Position numbers and translations under genes: made by a program. DNA of 63,513 bases, filler included, from Bigelowiella natans CCMP2755 (Eukaryota > Protista > Cercozoa): assembly GCA_000320545.1 (NCBI GenBank). It is 7 parts of 7 records of this genome, joined end to end, with 100 filler letters (N's around TTAATTAATTAA, not from the genome) between each part and the next. Parts side by side here need not be neighbours in the genome. Positions count along the whole stretch, not along the records: positions 24,497 to 32,352 come from ADNK01000531.1; positions 32,453 to 35,195 come from ADNK01000528.1; positions 35,296 to 57,654 come from ADNK01000360.1; 4 more parts are not named here. One strand, written 5' to 3'. Below are positions 27,986 through 39,980 of the stretch, in pieces (position 1 is the first letter of the stretch; each line of letters starts with the position of its first letter). The notes under the pieces were generated by a model. The model was not told the origin of the DNA and made no database searches. It saw nothing but the letters and a program-made list of their open reading frames with translations.

Positions 27986-30268
27986 AAAGAGGCGACAACA
28001 TTTCAAAAAGCATTAAATAAGAATAAGTCCATGGATGATGTGTCTTCGCCGTGCAGTGTTGTGAGTACAAAAACTATCGATGTTTCCAGTGCTCTACAAA
28101 CAGCGCGGAATGGTGTAATTCTGGTACATTTTCCGATGTGGATGAGTAGCATCATAACTTATTTGTTATTTATCAAGCAAAGAAAAGTAAGGCTGCTGCG
28201 TGGTGACACACACCTTACAGCAGATAGGGAGTATCATTTGTAGTAGGACAAATGGAATGCCTGTAGTAATAGTGACAGTCGACGAAGAAGTAGTGTGAGC
28301 TAGGCTTGCATGAATGTCTTATCATCTTTCTTCAGCAAGAACAGTGATGAGCGTGCAGCGGTTTGCTCTTGAGGATGATGCTTTCAACCCCGGCGATCAC
28401 TTATCATTAGTAAAACTGTTCAAAATCATGATTGCTGTGCTTTTCTGATTCATATTCCAGTGTACGCACACGTCTATATACATGTGTAGATAAAAAACGT
28501 TGTGTTGGCTGGATCGTCTGAACATCGCCATCATCATCATCATCTTCTTCTTCTTCTCCCTCCCCCCCTTCACCCTCTTACGTATGATGACGAAGGCGAA
28601 GAAGAGCACGATTCGGAGCTGATAACGACAACATTGATGCAAAAAAGAATAGAACAATTACAGGGGTTCAACGAAGAAAAGCAGGGATAATAAATTCTCG
28701 CTTTCTCTTTTCCGTCCCCACCCCCCGATAATATCACACACTACCGGAGTCGTTATCAAGTCGAGGAGGGTCCAAAAGCAGTTGCAGCACCCCGCTGATG
28801 GATATTGTACGTAAGAGGAGAGGGAGCAGTATAAATCGATTGGTATGGAAATAATCAGAGGGACGAGAGACTGCCATGCATATCCTCTCCCACAACACAC
28901 AGGGGTGGAGGGAGGGGGGGGGGGGGGAGAAGCAGATGAACGGTATGTATGCAAGCATCGAACCTGTCGGATGGAACGTGACAGCAACTGGAAGGGATGT
29001 CGGAAGAATACCAGGCGTGGCCTCTCCCTGAGCAGTATACGAAAATTGACCGTTAAAAGGGAATTGGGAAAATGCAACGTGCAGAGAGCGACTATTATCA
29101 TCGATTTCAATGATTACATAGGCGCTCCTCACGTGCGAGTATGGGCTAGCTGCCCTAAACCCCTTTTTCTTCCGACCAGAACCTAAAGGCGCTGCAGCAA
29201 AGGCACAGAAAGGTCAGGGGCAACAAACACTCCAGATCTGGTGAGCGGTCGGCATTCTCGTTTAAAGATGCAGTACAACGGCATGATAGCATCGTAGTCA
29301 GGCTCTCAGAATTCACTCCTGACAGCGACGGTGACGTCTTACTGTTGGTCGGGGTATTGTTGTGCCAGGCTTCGAGCAGGGGCAGTCGGTCCGCCATTCC
29401 CTGCTTCCGTCGTCGTCGTCCCGTCTGCTCTTGCTCTTGCTCTCTCGCTCTTTTTCTCGCTGATCTGAACCAGTTGGACCAAAAGTTGTCGGAAAAACAT
29501 CAGAAGGTTCTTGCATTTTCCCATCCACTAAATAAAGTCGAAGCTGCTAAAATTAGGTACGGAAACGAGTCTGCGACAACCCTTGAGTCCTGGTCTCTGG
29601 GCGAAACTGGTAGGCCGATAGGGCGCTTCTTGTTTTGACGGAGCCGCTCCTGTCTCCAAGACCAATCGTCCTGTGTTTCTTCTGAGCCGCGTCGCCCGAG
29701 TCAGGATTGTTCGCAAACCGCGGAAAACCCATGAAATGCATGCGATTTTACAAATACGACTTGGATTGACGTAACCCCCTCTGACAAACGAAGAACGTCG
29801 TTGTGTTTGATGGTTGATGTTTGACGTGTGTGGGAACTAACGAAGGAGGAGGGGGCATCAACTCATAACTCGAACTGAGCTCGAAACAATACACCCATCG
29901 TGCACCAAGTGCAAACACTGCGAATAACTGAGTTTTAGGGCCACGAGACATCTTTTCGAGCTCAATCCCCAGGCAGAGGCAAGAACTACGTAAGTGCTGC
30001 ACGCATGCGCCTGCGGGACAAACGAACACCAGAGATGTCGCAGGGACACATCACAGGGGTTTCCTGCAGGAAGAACTCGTGGTGTCTCAGGCCTCTCGGT
30101 GGCTCCACGGCTGTTGTTTGAGTCTGGTCGAGCAGCACGCCGAAAGAAGGGGAATTCGGGGAAATTCGCACTGATTTGCCGCAGAGCAGCCAAGTCATGA
30201 CTTAATTAACCTTATTGTTCTGGTATTATTTTTTGTTCATTATTCTCAGCCCAGCCGAGACTACTCCG

Positions 30269-31702
30269 ATGGATGATCTGCAGTTGAGTCGCAGTACCCT
30301 GCATTGGGAGCCCCTCGGCGAGGAAGAATGCAAGCAGCGTGAGGAAACAACCCCACAGAAGAAGGAGGTGGACGGAGATCTTGCTGCTACTCAGAGCCGA
30401 AGTCCCGAACGCACGCCAAAGATAGAAGGCTGGGAGGAGGAGGAGCACAGCAGGAAGAACAGGCGAATCCAGGTACACCTTGAGGAAGCAGGGGTGGACT
30501 ACGACGAAAACGACAACGACGACGAGAAGGAGGAGGAGAAGAACCCTGAAGAAACAAAAAGTGGTATGCTTCAGCAGGGGCAGGAGGCTTTGAAAGCGGA
30601 CAGCCATTGCAGTACGAAGGGCAGAAGAACAGCTCTGAGAGGTAATGATGGAGGTGCAGCAACGTCCTCCTCCTCCTCCTCCTCTCACTCCGTTTGCGAC
30701 GACAACATCATCATCCCGAAATGCCGAGTCTTCCGACCGACGAAGGAGGAATTCGCGGATTTCCATCTCTACCTTGAGAAAGTCGTCGAGCCACAGGTAA
30801 TGGAGGAGGACGACTCCACGATGCTGCTGAGTTCGTTAGTAGCTGCTTTTGATATCATATCCCTGCCGCCTGCCCTTGTTGTTGTTGTTGTTGTTGTTGT
30901 ATGGATCAACACTTGTCCTTCAACTCATGGTGGCGATTGCTGCTATTGCTGCTGCTATTCTTGGACATTATTGATGGTGATCCACGCTGCTTTTGGCACA
31001 AACTCAGGGACGGGAGTGCGGAATAGCGAAGATCATTCCCCCGCAGTCCTGGAACCCCCCCCCCTTCAGATTTCCACGAACCAAGTTTCCCTTCAAAAGG
31101 CAGTTCATCAGCTGGGCCGGTGCTGGTACGGCTTTGATGAGTTCGATCGAGGGCAAAGATCCCATATCCCTCTCCGATTTCAAACTCGCAGCCCGCCAGC
31201 CGCGCACTGGAAGCACGACGAAGTATGAGTCCGTACACGGGGGGGGTAGCGAAGAGGTTATTGATGAGCTCGAGCGGCACTACTGGCAATGGATTGCGTC
31301 CAAAGAGCACAGGTGTCCTCGCCAAGTCCTCTATGCAAGTGACTGCGACTTCTCGATGTTTGCAAAACCAGAAGAGAAGGAGCTCGCACAGGGGGGGGCT
31401 CGGGGGGGGCTCGTGGGGGGCGAGGAGGGGGAGGAGGAGGAGCAGTGGAACCTACGTCGTATCGCTAAACTAAGAAATGGATTGTTGCGGTAACCAGCCA
31501 ACCTGATGATGATGAATCCCCCTCCCTAGCTCTTCATCGGACGCTTGTCATCACTTCGTTGTCGTCGTGGTGGTGGTGGTAGTAGTGTAAAGACAACGTC
31601 ATCACCGCTTTAGTGAGCACAGATGCAGGCGGGTATGAAAGATGAGAGGGGGAAGGGTGGGGAGAGGCCTGACTGACATTGGTCATCGTTCTTGGCGTCA
31701 TT

Positions 31703-31738
<36 letters not shown>

Positions 31739-31842
31739 AGGCACCTGCGTGATCGTGTACCGGGGGTAACAGATCCTTACTCGTATATCGGCTCTCGATT
31801 TTCCAGTTTTTGCTGGCATGTGGAAGATGACTTCCTATACAG
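30269..31842 (+). CDS. JmjN-JmjC histone lysine demethylase (KDM4/KDM5 group), 3' part missing
   Basis: JmjN CRVFRPTKEEFADFHLYLEKV-GIAKIIPPQSW; JmjC LERHYW...VLYASD...WNLRRI...[28 protein letters not shown] with the Fe-binding HxE. Introns at ~30797-31007 and ~31490-31740. Confidence 0.9.
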
Positions 31843-31869
31843 GTACAAACAGTAGTTGTTGTGGTAGGT

Positions 31870-31905
<36 letters not shown>

Positions 31906-31982
31906 AATACTGCTGAATACTGCTGCTACTACTCCTGCTGCTGCTGCTGCTCTGGGGAGGGGAACACGGATAGGAGTTCTAC

Positions 31983-32013
<31 letters not shown>

Positions 32014-32014
32014 G

Positions 32015-32057
<43 letters not shown>

Positions 32058-32352
32058 ATTCACACGTACACACACACCCACACACACACACAAAATACAG
32101 ATATTTAAATACAACTCCCTCCCCCCCCCCACCTACATGTACGAACGACTCAGAGGCTACTTGGGCAATAACGCGCTAATGCTTCCTTTTTGTTGTCATA
32201 TAGCGTGAATAGAGTTGATTTTCCCTGCTGAATTGCCATAGGTAGTACGCATACATGCATGTGGGGGCTCATTTAAGGATCGCCGCTTCGCAACTAATGC
32301 GTCTTTGTAACACTCAGTCAGAACCACCTTCCTTCCGCATCAAAGACGCTCT

Positions 32353-32452
32353 NNNNNNNNNNNNNNNNNNNNNNNNNNNNNNNNNNNNNNNNNNNNTTAA
32401 TTAATTAANNNNNNNNNNNNNNNNNNNNNNNNNNNNNNNNNNNNNNNNNNNN
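32353..32452. other. Artificial contig spacer
   Basis: 44N-TTAATTAATTAA-44N. Confidence 0.98.
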
Positions 32453-33215
32453 TGCTTTCCCCCCCCTGCATGAAAGGGCGGGGGTTTCCCTTGTATGAGG
32501 GGGATCCGGGAGCGGGGGGAGGGTTATTTAGCATCCTCCCCCCTATATATATATATATATATATATATATTCCTTTTTGTAATCGTTCCCAAAGCAGCAA
32601 TAAATTGTATTTTATTTGGGTTACAGAAAGAGAAAAAGGGGGAGCTAATAGTTAGAACGTTCCCTTTGTCTAAGTAAAGGAGGAGACGGGGTGGAATACT
32701 TAGTTTTAATACGGAAAGAACGCTCCCATTCACCCTGTTAGGTTGTGAAAAAAAAAAATAATGATAATGAGGGTGATGACGATGAGGCCAGGGCATAAAA
32801 GCGAAGGAAGGGGGGGGGGGGGGGGAATAACAACGACGACTCCTACAACGCCACATCCGGCACATCGGCTACATGACATTGACCGGACAAGAAATCATGG
32901 AAATCGTCGTCGTTGTTTTGCAGATATATCTATCACGCATTCTAGCACTGTTATTACTGATCTCCCGCAACAAACGCCACCAGGGCCTGTATGATGTATG
33001 CATAAACACTCGCTCAGGGCTCACTCACGAGAGCTGATTTTTCATCCAAAGACGATGAGTATCATTACAATCGGTGACCAGGAAAGTGGTGAGAGGGGAG
33101 GGGGGGAGGGGGGGGGTGGTTTCATCATTCAGGGTAGTAATACCGTCGATCCGCTATTGATGGCCGCATGGCGACTTCTCAGCATCCACGCCCTCTCCGT
33201 AGCACGGAAACTCGG

Positions 33216-33246
<31 letters not shown>

Positions 33247-33713
33247 GGTGGTGGTGTATGTATGTATGTTTATTATCATCCAACGCGTGTGAGTGTGTGG
33301 CGATGATGAAAGGAGAGACGAAGACGAGGCACTGAGGCACCGAGGATGACCATAAATACCTTGTGCTTTTTGCAGCAACAAGGGCGTGTGTTGTCGTAAC
33401 ACTACTACTACTACCACTACTACTACTACTATTACAACAATAACTACTACTACTGCTGCTGCAGCACCACCTTCTCAATTGCTTGTGCTATTTTAGCACG
33501 ATACGATTTCGAGACTCCGCCCCCCCCCCACCATCGCTTCTTCCAGCGGCGGACGTTCTCTGTTGCAGGGGATGGACGATAACAGTGACACCAGCATTGA
33601 GAGAATCAAGGAATATCAGTAAGAGAGCAGATTATAGGATGATGACAACGGGGGATGGGAGCAATCGCGCGCGCGCGCACCTACATACACACATAACGAA
33701 GGGGAGAGAGAAG

Positions 33714-33757
<44 letters not shown>

Positions 33758-33907
33758 CACGTGGCGGCTTCTTTGCGTCCGAGTTGCTGCCCCCCGCCTG
33801 TTGTTTCGATTGTTGGAATTTGTTGTTCAGAAGGCTATTATTATTCGAGTAGCATCGTGTGGGTCCAAACTGCTCTCCCCACCCTATCTCCATATCTCCC
33901 TTACACG

Positions 33908-33947
<40 letters not shown>

Positions 33948-35195
33948 GAAGTGCGCGCTCCCATTTCTCCCTCCCCCCGCTTCTCCCCCTCTTCTTCCTG
34001 CTCTTGTCCGCACCGTTGTCTTAAAGGCCTGTCGCAGTGCTCGTAGGTGGGAGAGCTTGGCCGGAATATCCTCCTCCTGGACTCCGGGTATGAAGAAGAA
34101 CAACAAGAAGCAGAAGAAGAACAACAAGAGCTTGACGATAGAGAAGGAGATCGTTGTTTCCCCAAAGAAAATCACTGCAATCCTAGACAGCAGACGCTAC
34201 GTGGTGGTGCTGATTTGACCGACCTCCGCCATAAACTTGGACCCCATGAGCGCTCCCAACGCTTGCTGCGTCTGCGGCGGTACGTTTGCAATAGCGAGCA
34301 AGGAGAAGAGAGGAGGCAGCAAAAGTTTGAGAGGAGGAGGATGGAGGTGAGAGGAAGGGGGGGACATCTGCTGGCGATGATAAGAGGAGATAGAGGTGGG
34401 GGAGAGAGAGGTGGGGGAGAGGGAGGCTCCTCCTCCTCCTCCTCCTCCTCCTCCTCCTCCCCTTACTACTACCTACTACTACTACCTACTACTACTACTA
34501 CCTACTACTACCTACTACTACTACTACTACTACTACTACCTACTACTATTACTACCCACTACTATTACTACCCACTACTACTACATACCTGATCGAATAT
34601 TTGCTGGTGTACAAAGGATGCACACTGATCTCCCCTTTGAAAGAGAAGTCGGCAGAGAAGGAGGAGGAGGAGGAAGAGGGGCGGCAAACGCAAAGGCCAT
34701 GAAGGCGAAGGCAGTGGGCAACGTGGGGAAGAGGAGTACAGAAAATAATAATATGATGAGAAGCTGTTATTATTGTTTCCAAGGAGCATATGAGCTTCCT
34801 CCTCTCGCTACTCGTGCTACTGCTACTGCTAGTGCTGCAAGAACCTATGGCCGTCGAGCAGAGCGAAGAAGACGCCAATCCCAGGAATGGGAACCGGACC
34901 GACCGCTCTTGGAGAAGAAGTGGATGTTTCGAGTCAATTGTATGTGTTTGTGTATGTGTATATAATTTATATATATATATATATATATATATTGTGTGTG
35001 TGTGTGTGTGTGTGTATTATATGGTCGCGATCGAATGATGACGACGAGAAAACGCAGCCCCAGCTTAGTAAATGCTAACAACTAACAACATTTCTCTTCT
35101 CCGCACATGCACGCGCGTGCGCGCGCGCGTACACACACACCCAACGCGCCGCGCGGGGGGAGCGCACGCGCTCTCTCTAAAAAAAAAAAAAAGAG

Positions 35196-35295
35196 NNNNN
35201 NNNNNNNNNNNNNNNNNNNNNNNNNNNNNNNNNNNNNNNTTAATTAATTAANNNNNNNNNNNNNNNNNNNNNNNNNNNNNNNNNNNNNNNNNNNN
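35196..35295. other. Artificial contig spacer
   Basis: 44N-TTAATTAATTAA-44N. Confidence 0.98.
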
Positions 35296-36600
35296 TTTGT
35301 TCTTATATTTATTGTTCTTCCCGTTGTTGCTGCCTTGCCATTTGCTGTTGTTATATCCTTGTCCTCTGCCTTTCTTTCTCTTTAACTTCTCGTAGTGTTC
35401 GTTGAGCTGCCTGATCGTCATCCTGGGTCGTCCTTCTTTCCTGTCTCTGCAGTCTTTAGCGGTGTGTTTCCCTTTACGTGAGCAGTATCCGCAACGTCGG
35501 TTACCTTCCCTGTCCTTGTACCAGTCTCGCTGCGGCTTAATAGCGTTAATGTTTCCTATGCCAGGTACCTTAGGGCTGGTAAACTTGCGGTCCTGCTCCT
35601 GCTCGCGTAGGGATATAGCCTGCACTGCTGCCTCCATCGTGGTGTAGCCTTTCTCCGTAACGTAAGTGGATTCCTTTATCTTTAACTTGAACTCTTCAAA
35701 CCTTGCCTGATCATCACCTGTGTTGTAATTAAAATCATGTAGTTCGTCGATCATATCCTGGAAGCGCGTGGCAAAGTCTCTAACAGGTTCTCTCTCATGC
35801 TGCATCATTGCTCTGTATTTTCTAATAGCCTGGGGTAGGGAGTTAGCATCCTGTTCATTTACAAAAGCCTTCATTATCGCCTCAACGTCTCGTAGCCCAC
35901 TAACTGTAGTGTGTATTTTCTCTAGCTGCCTGATCCGGGTCCTGCCTGTCTCGTAAAGGTCCATGGCTTGCTTTATTATAGCTAGCCATTTGAGCTTGTC
36001 GTTTTCGGTGGGGTTAGGGGTAAAGTCGCAGAGTATACTCCTAGCGTTCTTCCACCACCTCCTTGCCTCACCTCTTTTCCCGTTGTATTTCGTTATCATA
36101 ACCGGTGCTGTTTTAACAGACATGAACTGGGTGTTCCGCTGTACCGGCTGCTGCTGCTTGACGGTGCTCTGGGTCGTCCCCCGCGAGGCGCCCAGACCCC
36201 CGTCGTTCCTAAACAAAGCTGCCCACTCTGGAGGTAAGTCTGCTTCGTAATCCATGATGTCCTGCATGATAGCTGCCCAAACATCATGTGTCTGATACTT
36301 GTATTCTATCGATACTTTCAGTTTGGCGTAGTTGCTCGCCCTGGGTCGCAAGGCTCGTAATGCCATTACGACCTTCTTGCTTTCGGCGGCCACGTCCTCG
36401 TCGTCCGCCTCGTAGAAGTTCTCCAGTGCCTCTGCTGCTGCATCTGCTTTCTTAATCCCGGGTGCTGGTCCCGGCGGTGCCTGTGGAGGTGTTCCTCCTC
36501 CTTCCTTAGCGTCCGTATCGCCCTTCCTTTCCTGTTTCTGCTCGTGCCCTTGCACGGCCTGCGAGCCAAAGTCCTGCTGTTCTTCTAGCTGCTGTGACAT
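35296..36600 (-). CDS. gag: Retrotransposon Gag (>=435 aa, open at the gap)
   Basis: Intronless in an intron-rich genome. Capsid N-terminal motif KYNGKRGEARRWW, MHR-like QHEREPVRDFATRF, zinc knuckle CGYCSRKGKHTAKDC and a basic tail. Confidence 0.88.
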
Positions 36601-36616
36601 TGTTAGTCAAATCGTT

Positions 36617-36634
36617 TCCCGTGTGTGGAAGCCA
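36617..36634 (-). promoter_or_regulatory. Putative tRNA primer-binding site
   Basis: Minus strand TGGCTTCCACACACGGGA starts 5 nt after the LTR's terminal CA. Its complement ends ...TGTGGAA-G-CCA like a tRNA acceptor end; the tRNA species is not identified. Confidence 0.7.
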
Positions 36635-36639
36635 AAGGT

Positions 36640-36965
36640 TGTTGCGCGTAAGGTGTTCACAGGCCGAGGCGCTACGTGCACAAGTAGGCAGGGGGGGGGA
36701 AAGGCACGTTTGCTTCCTTTTGAAGAGTTGTGTTTATTTTTATTAAAGATTATATTTTTATTAAATCGTGCACTGCGTAATCATTCGCGAAGCTTTCGCG
36801 AATGCCGCCGCACGTGGGGCAGCACACTTCCGGTGTGCTGCCATGAGTCCCGCCGGAACCCACGTGCCTATGCTGTATTAATATCTACGTTATCTATATT
36901 CTATATCCGCGACAACCCCTTTGTTGTCGCACGTGACTTGTGCCCGCGTAGTGGTACGCGCTACA
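36640..36965 (-). repeat. 5' LTR (326 bp)
   Basis: Identical by eye to 61197-61522. Sense strand TGTAGCGCG...CGCGCAACA; clustered AATAAA signals at ~36733-36765. Confidence 0.95.
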
Positions 36966-37548
36966 GCGCGCGCGCTGGGCACGCACAAAGTGTGCCAGTG
37001 TGCGGTGAGCCATCGTGCCCACACGTCTTGCTCGTGCGTCCAATCCCAAGCAGCTCTGGAGCTGCGCGTCGCGCATCACATCCAGCTTCATTGATTGCCG
37101 CATCGGCACCGTGCAGGCCGCTAGGAGCCACACATCGAAAACTCACCTGAGTCAAAACCACAAAAAAAAAGCACCTTTTTGGCGCGGAAACGTTCAATTT
37201 TGCGAACTTTGGAGTGGAACTTCTGGAGGTGATGGAGTTGCTGTTGACACGGCCTCTGAGCATGTTTTTTTGAGCCAACACGCAAAGTGGACCCTTTCCG
37301 CGGCACCCAAAGTTTTTGCCCTCGATTTTTTTCCTTGAAAATCCACTTTTTTGCACCCCTTTCTGGACAATTCTGGACCTTCTCACACGTCCAGAAGTCT
37401 TCTGTGGTGCTTCGGAAGAAGTTTGGATTGGATTCCGAGCATGACACGGACCAAAACCCTTGGGAGTGAATCCCCCTTGAAGCGTTCGGAATTCATTTTC
37501 CGCAAGCGACGTTGTGCCAGCAGTGCAATGCACATGCATGTGTGTGTG

Positions 37549-37587
<39 letters not shown>

Positions 37588-37702
37588 ATGTGTGTGTGCT
37601 GTTGTGCATGCCATCAAGACAAGGTTGTGCCATCAGATGTGCATTCCTGCACGTTGATTTCGTTCCCCTGAGCGAAGAAGCGGATCCTCGTTTTGGAACT
37701 CT

Positions 37703-38456
37703 TTGCCCAAATCAACCGAAGCTGTCGTCACGAACAAATTGCCTGTAATCATCGGTAAAATTACGTCTGCATCCACCTGCAAAGAAACGGTGAGTCTGGA
37801 TGTGCCCTCGGAGCAGCACAAAATATGCACAAAGGAAATCGTTCTTCTCTGTGCGACTAAAAACACAAGATGTCGCAGTATGAAATTCGAAAATCTCACA
37901 CCCACTCGTAGAGGATAGGTAACTGCTTCGCGCAATGATCGGGAAGTTCTGGAACATTCCCGCGCCTATCGCAGCCCTTTCTCTTTGCGCCGGTCGTCGC
38001 ACTTGATTTTGACATTGCGACATCCTACGTAACCATTCAAACTGATAAAATGCAGGTGGAAACCGAACGGATCCGATGCGGGAAGAATCGGTTGTGTCTG
38101 AAACGCCACAGTCCTCTTCGGAACCAACACGCACAATCCATTGCACTGTTCCCCTCCATATCTCCTGGAGGACCGGGTTCTCGCAGGCATGGAGACTTTT
38201 GACTCCGATTACGATTTTCAGGGCTACATCTATGACCCTCCATATCGCGTGGCCCACTTGAGAGGAGGTGAGTCGAAGACCGGGGAAAGAGAGGTGCATG
38301 TGCAAGCCGAGGTTTCATGTGGGACTATCCTTTCATTCATGCGGGAATCTAACAAGAACTCCTTCAGTACACAAATCTCTAGCCGTCTTGGTACTATCAG
38401 CACAAATACAAGTTACAGTGCCAAAGAGAAAAGCAAGGCAAAGACGGCAGCAATGA
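37703..38456 (+). CDS. Multi-exon hypothetical protein (partial)
   Basis: Phase-consistent exons ...KITSASTCKET / VTASRNDREVLEHSRAYRSPFSLRR / WKPNGSDAGRI / GMETFDSDYDFQGYIYDPPYRVAHLRG; ends uncertain. Confidence 0.4.
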
Positions 38457-39262
38457 AAATCCATGTACAGTTCAGACAACTTGAAATTTGCTCTTAAAAT
38501 GAAAATGTCAACTAGCGCTATCCTAAGCGATACAACAGAATTCCATCATAAAGGAAAAAGAATAAAAATGGTGTTAGTTAGAAAAATTAAACAAAAACTC
38601 CTACACAGCCCAGAATTTGCCCATATGTCGGGAATTACAGAGGGCTGTGTAGCTTATAGCCCATCGCTTGTCACATCCGCAGACCGAAACCTTTGCTATC
38701 TCAGAATCATCGTTCATACTAGTTTTCGATTCCGCGCACAGTTGGGAATAACTCCGTACTATTTTCGCTTTTGCCCACCTTTGCAAGTACAGTCTTACAG
38801 CATACGACTGAATTTCGAGCATGAAATTTGTATTAAAAAATTTTACAATTCCTGTGTACAATATGTTTCAAACTTCCCAATCGCCAATTTTGATGCTATA
38901 AAATACCGATAGCCCTGCCGCTCAGACCCGCCACTAAGTCGTGTAAGAAACAATCCTGTACTAGTGCATGCAGCAACGCGCAAATGCCAGCAGAACAACC
39001 AATAGCTAGGCAGCCAAAAAGGGGAGGGCAGAACGATGTTCAATCATGCATGCACACCTGTTTGTGGTTTGTGTCCTACACATTTGCATGTGCATGGATT
39101 CACAGCTGTGCTTAACTAGCTAAGTGTGTTCTGCTGTAGTAGACGTTGATTGATGTTCCCTGCTAGCATGCTGCTTGCTGTTTGCGGTCTATACATGTAT
39201 GACGTGAGAGTACAGCCATGCCGCCGCTTATGAGCCATAGTGACACATTTCATTTTCCTGCT

Positions 39263-39575
39263 ATCGGGCGGTAGCAAAAATTGCTATATTGCAAAAATGC
39301 TGTTTGTTCTTCCAGGTGTTCTGGAACTAGAAAAAAGGAGACTTAATTCCATAATGCACGAGAAATTCTACTATGTGGGCAATGCTAAAATGGCGCGAGC
39401 CTCTGCTGTGGATTTTTGCAATGTCATTTTATCAGTTAACAAAGATTGTTTTCACAAAAGACATATGATGTGCCTAGGATTTTCATCATGTCGTTCTAGC
39501 AATTTAGTTTAGCAGTAGGTCGTCAGTAGGCAAATTTTCATGTTGCGCATTTTCGCAATTTTTGCTACCGCCGAT
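39263..39575. mobile_element. MITE-like element with terminal inverted repeats
   Basis: Perfect 18-bp inverted repeat ggcggtagcaaaaattgc (39267-39284) / gcaatttttgctaccgcc (39555-39572), extendable to ~22 bp with one indel. AT-rich non-coding interior. Confidence 0.6.
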
Positions 39576-39980
39576 GGCCCATCAGCAAGCGGCGGCTATG
39601 CATGCTAGCTGCCATCAGTATATCAGGGCTCTAGCTATTCCACACATTGTGTGATTTTGTGACCCATGTTATCTAGCTATGTCTAGCAAACATGTGGCAC
39701 ATGCTAGCGTACGCAGGCTATAGATACGATGCGAATACTCAAGTACGCGGCGCCGCTACGCTGTGCAAAATACGTGGTATACATATTAAAGGAGCAATGC
39801 TACGAATGATTGCAATATATCACATTCATAATTGAAGAAAGTGTCTGACTCAGGAAGGCAGGGAAATAAATGTAACTGTACACCGCCACATTTGGCAGAT
39901 CATATAACGTAATCTGCTCTGTAAATGAAACTCATGAGGTCATTAAGGCATCGTTAAAATAAATTTTGGGGGAGATGGAT

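Larger units (their letters stand above)
1..35195. repeat. Very dense simple-sequence repeats, mostly intronic: (CT)n, (CA)n, (TA)n, (CTA)n, (CAG)n, (CAT)n, (GAG)n, poly-G/C
   Basis: Visible throughout, e.g. 770-836, 14896-14966, 34420-34582. They account for most low-complexity ORFs in the track. Confidence 0.95.
35296..36965 (-). mobile_element. Ty3/gypsy-type LTR retrotransposon, 5' half (5'LTR-PBS-gag), truncated by contig end
   Basis: TG...CA-bounded 326-bp LTR, a TGG-starting PBS and an intronless gag ORF running into the gap. Confidence 0.92.

Noticed and set aside
32345-32352. Several contig ends carry partial GCTCTTC/GAAGAGC (gctct at 32348 and 62335, gagc at 24497, aagag at 35191)
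   Set aside because: Probably a library, adapter or assembly artefact, or chance; at 62335 it is ordinary integrase coding sequence.
2302-35081. Numerous ORFs rich in poly-HT, CV, ER, YI, S, L, Q or C
   Set aside because: Stop-free translations of intronic microsatellites.
32453-35195. Possible gene fragments on the short contig (e.g. ORFs 33681..34175, 34047..34592)
   Set aside because: Exon-like pieces exist, but strand, frame and family could not be settled from the sequence.
36623-37150. Plus-strand ORFs 36623..37150 and 61123..61569 sharing ~108 identical aa
   Set aside because: The shared part is the antisense reading of the LTR. Both ORFs run across the LTR boundaries into unrelated flanks and have no recognisable motifs.
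38187-38268. YIYDPPY, resembling an amino-methyltransferase catalytic motif
   Set aside because: No SAM-binding motif or other MTase context in the adjacent exons; a 4-aa match is too weak.
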